Origin: an uncultured Acidimicrobiales bacterium
Lineage (GTDB): Bacteria > Actinomycetota > Acidimicrobiia > Acidimicrobiales > DATKAS01
DNA: 64,000 nucleotides
NCBI GenBank assembly: GCA_963708175.1
Contig: CAVPSD010000006.1
Location: 128,031-192,030, forward strand
Reading direction: 5' to 3'
The position numbers and the translations under genes were made by a program. Shown in pieces: positions 59,427-64,000 of the stretch. The notes under the pieces are model-generated. The model was not told the DNA's origin, made no database searches, and was given only the letters and a program-made list of their open reading frames with translations. Every line of letters begins with the position of its first letter. Position 1 is the first letter of the stretch.

Positions 59427-59836
59427 CCCCACCCCTCCAAAGCCACGGGCTCTTCGGTGATCTGACCGTCGACGATGCGATACGAGCGCAGCACGGGCTC
59501 GGCCTGCTTGAGGGACACGATCACGTAGTGCCACTCCGGATCCGGTGCCTGCTCGACATCCGTCGGCGACGGGTATGCGTCGGTGTGGGTGTGGCTGTGC
59601 ATCACGCCGATGATCTGGAGCCCGCGCTTGTCGGCATCGCGGTCCGCGAGCAGGTGATCCTTCGGATCGACCGTGTAGACGCGGGACGACTCCGCCACGT
59701 TGCGACACGGATAGAAGACGACGACGTGCCCACCCGACGCCGGCTCGCCCACGAACAGGCCACACGCCTCGTTCGGCAGGCCGTCGTACGCGTGACCGAC
59801 CATCTGCAGATACGGGCCGCGAGTGAGGCGGAGCAC
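59423..59836 (-). CDS. mec: JAMM/MPN+ metalloprotease (Mec-like)
   Basis: 137 aa with NEACGLFVG (E), GVMHSHTHTDAYPSPTD (HxHx7Sx2D JAMM motif). GTG start at 59836. Confidence 0.8.
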   Translation of the reverse strand: MLRLTRGPYLQMVGHAYDGLPNEACGLFVGEPASGGHVVVFYPCRNVAESSRVYTVDPKDHLLADRDADKRGLQIIGVMHSHTHTDAYPSPTDVEQAPDPEWHYVIVSLKQAEPVLRSYRIVDGQITEEPVALEGWG

Positions 59837-59843
59837 GAGGCCG

Positions 59844-59853
59844 AGAGTACCCT
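59844..59853. promoter_or_regulatory. Overlapping back-to-back -10 boxes (AGAGTACCCT) in a 26-bp divergent intergenic region
   Basis: Plus-strand TACCCT (59848-59853) ends 9 nt before the smpB ATG at 59863. Minus-strand TACTCT (59849-59844) ends 7 nt before the mec GTG at 59836. The geometry matches 50043-50052. Confidence 0.4.
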
Positions 59854-59862
59854 CGACCCCCC

Positions 59863-60336
59863 ATGGCTCCGAAGGGCGTGAAGGTCATCGCGTCGAACCG
59901 ACGCGCGCGCCACGACTACCTCGTGCTCGACACGATCGAGTGCGGCCTCGTGCTGGTGGGCAGCGAGGTGAAGTCGCTCCGGGACGCCAAGGTGCAGCTC
60001 GGCGATGCCTACGCGCGTGTCGAGCGCGGTGAGCTGTGGCTTCACAGCATGCACATCGCGTCCTACGAGCACGCCTCGGGGTTCGGGGCACACACCGCCG
60101 ATCGTCCTCGCAAGCTGCTCGCCCATCGGGGTGAGATCGAGCGTCTCGGGGCGAGGGTCGCGCAGGACCACCTGACGCTCGTGCCACTGTCGCTCTACTT
60201 CAAGGAAGGCCGGGCCAAGGTCGAGCTCGCGCTGGCGAAGGGCCGCAAGAGCCACGACCGCCGACAGGACATCGCGAAGCGGGACTCCGACCGCGAGATG
60301 CAACGCGCCCTCGCCGACAACCGACGGGGCAAATGA
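59863..60336 (+). CDS. smpB: SsrA-binding protein
   Basis: IASNRRARHDYLVLDTIECGLVLVGSEVKSLR, PRKLLAHRGEI, LVPLSLYFKEGRAKVELALAKGRK. Confidence 0.95.
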   Translation: MAPKGVKVIASNRRARHDYLVLDTIECGLVLVGSEVKSLRDAKVQLGDAYARVERGELWLHSMHIASYEHASGFGAHTADRPRKLLAHRGEIERLGARVAQDHLTLVPLSLYFKEGRAKVELALAKGRKSHDRRQDIAKRDSDREMQRALADNRRGK

Positions 60337-60409
60337 CCGCTGCTTCGCGGCGGGGCCCGAGGTACCATTCTCGAGAAGTCCGATCGAGCACGAAGGGAGG
60401 ACGATTCCG

Positions 60410-60466
60410 ATGAGTGTCAGATCCGCTGCCGCCACGTCCTCGTTCCGCGTGCTCTCGGCCGCCTGA
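60410..60466 (+). CDS. Candidate 18-codon upstream ORF ahead of rsgA
   Basis: ATG preceded by AAGGGAGGA (9-nt spacing). It encodes MSVRSAAATSSFRVLSAA. It may be noise. Confidence 0.2.
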   Translation: MSVRSAAATSSFRVLSAA

Positions 60467-60509
60467 CCGTTCATCTCGGTCGGGAGCACCTCCACCGGAG
60501 GTTCTTTCG

Positions 60510-61559
60510 TTGCTCGACGCTGTCCCGCACGTGCTCGTCCCCTACGGCTGGGACGACCGCGTCGCTGCCCTGTTCTCATACGAAGCAAGCCCTGATGCGA
60601 TCCCCGGGCGTGTGACGCGCGTCGATCGCGACCGCGTCACCGTCGTCACCGCGTCCAACGAGCACCGAACCGCTCGCGGCGACCCGTTGCCGAGCGTCGG
60701 CGATTGGGTCGGGTTGACCGAGGGAGGACCCGACGGCGATCTCGTCGTCACGACGGTGCTCACGCGCCGTTCGGTCCTCGGCCGCCGCAGTGTCGGCAAG
60801 GCGCCCGATGGGCAAGTCATGGCCGCCAACATCGACTTCGTCTTCATCGTCGTCGGGGTCGACCGAGTCGTGCCCAACCGCGTCGAGCGCGAGCTCGTGG
60901 CCGCGTGGGACTCGGGCGCGACACCGGTCGTGGTGCTCACCAAAGCCGACCTCGTCGACGATCCTGTCGAGATCGCGACCGAGGTCGCTGCCCGCTCGAA
61001 CGGTGTCGCCGTGATCCTGACGTCGACTGTCACCGGCCTCGGCATCGAGGACGTGGTCACCATTCCGCAGCCGAACCGCACGGTCGTGCTCCTCGGTGCG
61101 TCCGGAGTCGGCAAGTCCACGCTCGCCAACGCGCTACTCGGTGAGCAGCTCCTCGACACCGGGCCAGTCCGGTACAACGACAGCCGCGGCCGCCACACGA
61201 CGACGGCTCGCAGCATCGTCACGCTGCCCCGCGGCGGGGTGCTCATCGACACACCCGGCATCCGCAGCCTCGGCCTCTTGGAGTTCGAGGAGGGGCTGTC
61301 TCTTGCCTTCCCGGACATCGACGAGCTGGCCGTGCAATGCAAGTTCCGGGACTGCACCCACGCGACCGAGCCCGGGTGTGCGGTCCGCGCGGCCGTCGCC
61401 GCTGGTGAGATCGATCCGGCGCGCATGCGCTCGTACGAGAAGCTGCAACGAGAGCTGGCCCACTCGGATCGGGTCGGCGATCCGATCGCCTTGAGAGCCG
61501 AGATGCGCAAGTGGCGGGCGATCAACAAGTCGTTGCGCCAGGTCGGCAAGAAGCACTGA
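60510..61559 (+). CDS. rsgA: Ribosome small-subunit-dependent GTPase A
   Basis: The TTG at 60510 is 8 nt after GGAGG. Sequence PYGWDDRVAALF, ANIDFVFIV, VVLTKADL (NKxD-like), LLGASGVGKSTL, GRHTTT, DTPGIRS, and the zinc motif CKFRDCTHATEPGC. The upstream 32 track codons are Pro/Arg-rich shadow. Confidence 0.85.
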   Translation: MLDAVPHVLVPYGWDDRVAALFSYEASPDAIPGRVTRVDRDRVTVVTASNEHRTARGDPLPSVGDWVGLTEGGPDGDLVVTTVLTRRSVLGRRSVGKAPDGQVMAANIDFVFIVVGVDRVVPNRVERELVAAWDSGATPVVVLTKADLVDDPVEIATEVAARSNGVAVILTSTVTGLGIEDVVTIPQPNRTVVLLGASGVGKSTLANALLGEQLLDTGPVRYNDSRGRHTTTARSIVTLPRGGVLIDTPGIRSLGLLEFEEGLSLAFPDIDELAVQCKFRDCTHATEPGCAVRAAVAAGEIDPARMRSYEKLQRELAHSDRVGDPIALRAEMRKWRAINKSLRQVGKKH

Positions 61560-61601
61560 CAGGAGCTGTCACAACCGCCCCTCCGAATTCGTCGGATAGG
61601 C

Positions 61602-62876
61602 ATGAACGCGAACGCAGACATCGTCATCATCGGTGGTGGCCTCGCGGGCCTGGTCGCCGCGGCAACCGCCGCCGAACCCACCAACGGCTCGTCCCGCGTC
61701 GTCCTCCTCGAGGGCACGCAGCCAGGGGGTCGAGCTCGCACCGACGACCGCAACGGCTACAAGTTCAATCAGGGCGCGCACGCCGTGTACCTCCAGGGCG
61801 CTGGTCGCCAGGTCATGCTCGGCCTCGGCATCGATCCCCATGGAGGCCCGCCGGCGCTCAAGCACACGTACGTGTGGCAGGACGGCCAGCTCTTTCCGAT
61901 GCCGGCATCGCCCACGAAGCTGATGGCGAGCAAGCTCCTCGGCACCCGGGCCAAGGCTCAGGTCGCGAAGCTCTTCCCCGCTATCGGGAAGGTCGACGCC
62001 ACACAGCTGACGACGATCAGCGCGGCGGAGTGGCTCGACAGCCTCGACTTGCAACCCGAAGCGCGTCAGCTGCTCTCGATGCTCGTCCGCACCGCGACCT
62101 ATGTCGATCCGGACGCGATGCCCATCTCGGCAGATGCGGCCGTTCGCCAGCTGCAGATGGCGATCGCTGAGGGTGTGCGCTACATCGACGGCGGTTGGCA
62201 GACGATGGTCGACGCGCTGCTCGCCGTGTGTCGGGAGCGCGGTGTCGAGATCGAGAAGTCGACGGTGCTGTCGGTGCAGGAGGTCGGCGACCGCGTCGCG
62301 GTCACGACGGCGGCCAGCACGTGGAACGCGGGCGCCGCGATCATCGCGAGTGGCGGACCCGCTGCCGCCATCGGGCTCCTCGGCAGCGACCCGGGTTGGG
62401 GAGACCTCGGAGAACCAGTGACTGCGGCATGCCTCGACCTCGGCCTGACGCGCCCCCCTGAGCGCCCGGTCGTCTTCGGCTTCGCCGAGCCCCTCTACCT
62501 GTCGACGCACTGCCCGCCTGCGGACCTCGCTCCCGAGGGCGGGGCCGTCGTGCAGCTGATGCGGTACGGCGCTCGTGACGCTGCGACCGATCGGGCGACG
62601 CTCGCCGAGCTCGCCGCCGGTGCCGGGATCGGGTCCGACACGATCGTCGAGCAACGGTTCCTCGCCCACATGCACGTCGCATGGACGGTTCCAACGGCCT
62701 CGCGTGGCGGCCTGCGAGGCCGGCCCGAGGCACTCGTTCCGCGGCACGACCGCGTGTTCGTCGCCGGTGACTGGGTCGGCCCGGTCGGCTTGCTCGGCGA
62801 CGCCGCGATCGTGAGCGGCGCAGCAGCAGCAACCGCGGCCCGCTCGTGCGTGACTCCCCTCGTTGCGGCACGCTGA
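61602..62876 (+). CDS. NAD(P)/FAD-dependent oxidoreductase (amine-oxidase/phytoene-desaturase-like fold)
   Basis: DIVIIGGGLAGLVAA, GGRARTD, and a C-terminal VFVAGDW. Confidence 0.75.
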   Translation: MNANADIVIIGGGLAGLVAAATAAEPTNGSSRVVLLEGTQPGGRARTDDRNGYKFNQGAHAVYLQGAGRQVMLGLGIDPHGGPPALKHTYVWQDGQLFPMPASPTKLMASKLLGTRAKAQVAKLFPAIGKVDATQLTTISAAEWLDSLDLQPEARQLLSMLVRTATYVDPDAMPISADAAVRQLQMAIAEGVRYIDGGWQTMVDALLAVCRERGVEIEKSTVLSVQEVGDRVAVTTAASTWNAGAAIIASGGPAAAIGLLGSDPGWGDLGEPVTAACLDLGLTRPPERPVVFGFAEPLYLSTHCPPADLAPEGGAVVQLMRYGARDAATDRATLAELAAGAGIGSDTIVEQRFLAHMHVAWTVPTASRGGLRGRPEALVPRHDRVFVAGDWVGPVGLLGDAAIVSGAAAATAARSCVTPLVAAR

Positions 62877-62881
62877 GGCGA

Positions 62882-63757
62882 GTGGATCCGGACGTGGAAG
62901 CCGTCGACATCTTCGAGGCGGAACGACCCCGACTGCTCGGTCTCGCGTATCGCATCCTCGGTTCGGCGGTCGATGCCGAAGACGTCGTGCAGGAGGCATG
63001 GGTTCGCTGGCAGGCCGCGGCGAACATCGAGCGCCCAGCGGCATGGCTCACCACGGTCGTGAGTCGGCTCGCTCTGGACGCCTGGCGAGCGCAGCAGCGC
63101 AAGCGCGAGGACTACGTGGGCCCGTGGCTACCGGAGCCGGTCGCGACCGAGCCCGATCCGGCGGAGCGGGCGGAGATGGCCGATTCGCTCACATTCGGGT
63201 TCCTCGTCCTGCTCGACGAGCTCAGTCCGTTGGAACGCGTCGTCTTCCTGCTTGCCGACGTCTTCGGCGAGTCGTTCGCCGACATCTCGACGACCGTCGG
63301 GAAGACCGAGGGCGCGTGCAGACAGATCGCGTCACGGGCGCGGCGGAAGCTCCAGCAATCGAGGCCGCACAGAACGGTGAGCGCGTCTCCCTCCCTCGCC
63401 GTCGCGCTGTTGACAGCGGTCTCGCAAGGCGACGTCGCTGGGACGATGGCGCTGCTCGATCCGGATGTGGTGCTCACAAGCGACGGCGGCCCGCACCGTC
63501 ACGCCGCGCGGCGGCCGGTGATCGGCGCCGATCGCGTCACCCGTCTGCTCGTGAACATCATGGGCCGAGGGTTCGACCAAGGCGCCGAGATGCAGTTCGT
63601 CGAGGTCAATCGCACGCCGTCGCTCGTGGTCTCGCGGAGAGGACGCCCACAGCTCGTCGTGGCGATCGAGACCACCGACGACCGGGTGCAGGCGATCAGA
63701 ATCGTCGTGAACCCCGACAAGCTCGGCCACCTCGCCGAACCGGTCCGCCTGATCTGA
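62882..63757 (+). CDS. ECF sigma factor with C-terminal SnoaL-like extension (ECF41/SigJ-like)
   Basis: GTG at 62882 after GAGG. Sequence FEAERPRLLGLAYRILGSAVDAEDVVQEAWVRW, LSPLERVVFLLADVFGESFADISTTVGKTEGACRQIASRARRKL, then a ~120-aa extension ending VNPDKL. Confidence 0.8.
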   Translation: MDPDVEAVDIFEAERPRLLGLAYRILGSAVDAEDVVQEAWVRWQAAANIERPAAWLTTVVSRLALDAWRAQQRKREDYVGPWLPEPVATEPDPAERAEMADSLTFGFLVLLDELSPLERVVFLLADVFGESFADISTTVGKTEGACRQIASRARRKLQQSRPHRTVSASPSLAVALLTAVSQGDVAGTMALLDPDVVLTSDGGPHRHAARRPVIGADRVTRLLVNIMGRGFDQGAEMQFVEVNRTPSLVVSRRGRPQLVVAIETTDDRVQAIRIVVNPDKLGHLAEPVRLI

Positions 63758-63767
63758 TCGAGCCTCA

Positions 63768-64000
63768 TCAGGGGTTGCGCCGAGCGAGCAGCCATGCGCC
63801 GAGGCCCACCACCGCGAGGATCCCGATTGCCACGACGGCGATCACGGCGGCGGTGTTGTCGGATCCCTCGTCCGCCGATGTCGCCGTCGTTGTCGGCGCG
63901 GCCGCCGTCGTCGGAGCCGCAGACGTCGACCCCGCCGCGGTCGTCGATGCGGCAGCCGCAGTGGTGGCGGCCGACGACGTTGCCGTCGTCGAGGTGACCT
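63768..64000 (-). CDS. C-terminal end of a Thr/Ala-rich surface protein with a C-terminal membrane anchor (5' end outside the window)
   Basis: The minus strand reads ...TSTTATSSAATTAAAASTTAAGSTSAAPTTAAAPTTTATSADEGSDNTAAVIAVVAIGILAVVGLGAWLLARRNP, with the stop at 63768-63770. It is not in the ORF track because no start lies in the window. Confidence 0.45.
   Translation of the reverse strand, partial: VTSTTATSSAATTAAAASTTAAGSTSAAPTTAAAPTTTATSADEGSDNTAAVIAVVAIGILAVVGLGAWLLARRNP

Noticed and set aside
60337-60509. tmRNA (ssrA) downstream of smpB
   Set aside because: There is no tRNA-like acceptor/T-arm, no GGGG...TTCGAC 5' end and no tag-reading-frame features. ssrA must be elsewhere.

Overview
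High-GC (judged by eye, not computed) chromosomal segment that looks actinobacterial. It has mycothiol-type MDMPI/TIGR03086 proteins, a Mec/CysM pair, a murI-MBL-rph-rdgB gene order as in mycobacteria, and many starts that look leaderless. I can support about 65 protein genes and one tRNA-Leu(UAG). I saw no rRNA, CRISPR, transposase or integrase. Gene content in order: the tail of a liv-type ABC transporter; a PaaX-linked catabolic cluster (three luciferase-like monooxygenases, FAH, dienelactone hydrolase, thiolase, SDR); two tandem LAL/LuxR regulators; an acyl-CoA ligase/enoyl-CoA hydratase/MDMPI operon; gpsA; TauD; bfd-bfr; two Rieske oxygenases; a Sco-PCuAC-CtaG copper operon with two unknown downstream genes; a SigK/RskA-like pair; a RumA-like methyltransferase; rpe; an AddAB-type helicase-nuclease; clpP; an orphan 802-aa HerA-like ATPase; the block rdgB-rph-MBL-murI-cysM ... 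mec-smpB-rsgA; and an ECF41-type sigma factor. Four things stand out. (1) At least 19 reading-frame breaks (up to 21 if two tentative ones are counted) are concentrated in about 10 otherwise conserved genes, while long neighbouring genes are intact. (2) Two exactly periodic intergenic tandem arrays (19 bp x4.6 and 17 bp x4) sit on promoter regions of the copper operon and the ECF sigma gene. (3) Two 26-bp divergent intergenic regions carry overlapping back-to-back TANNNT boxes, consistent with bidirectional leaderless promoters. (4) Several small translationally coupled ORFs have no known function. All functional calls come from reading the translated ORFs against family motifs I remember. No database search was run.
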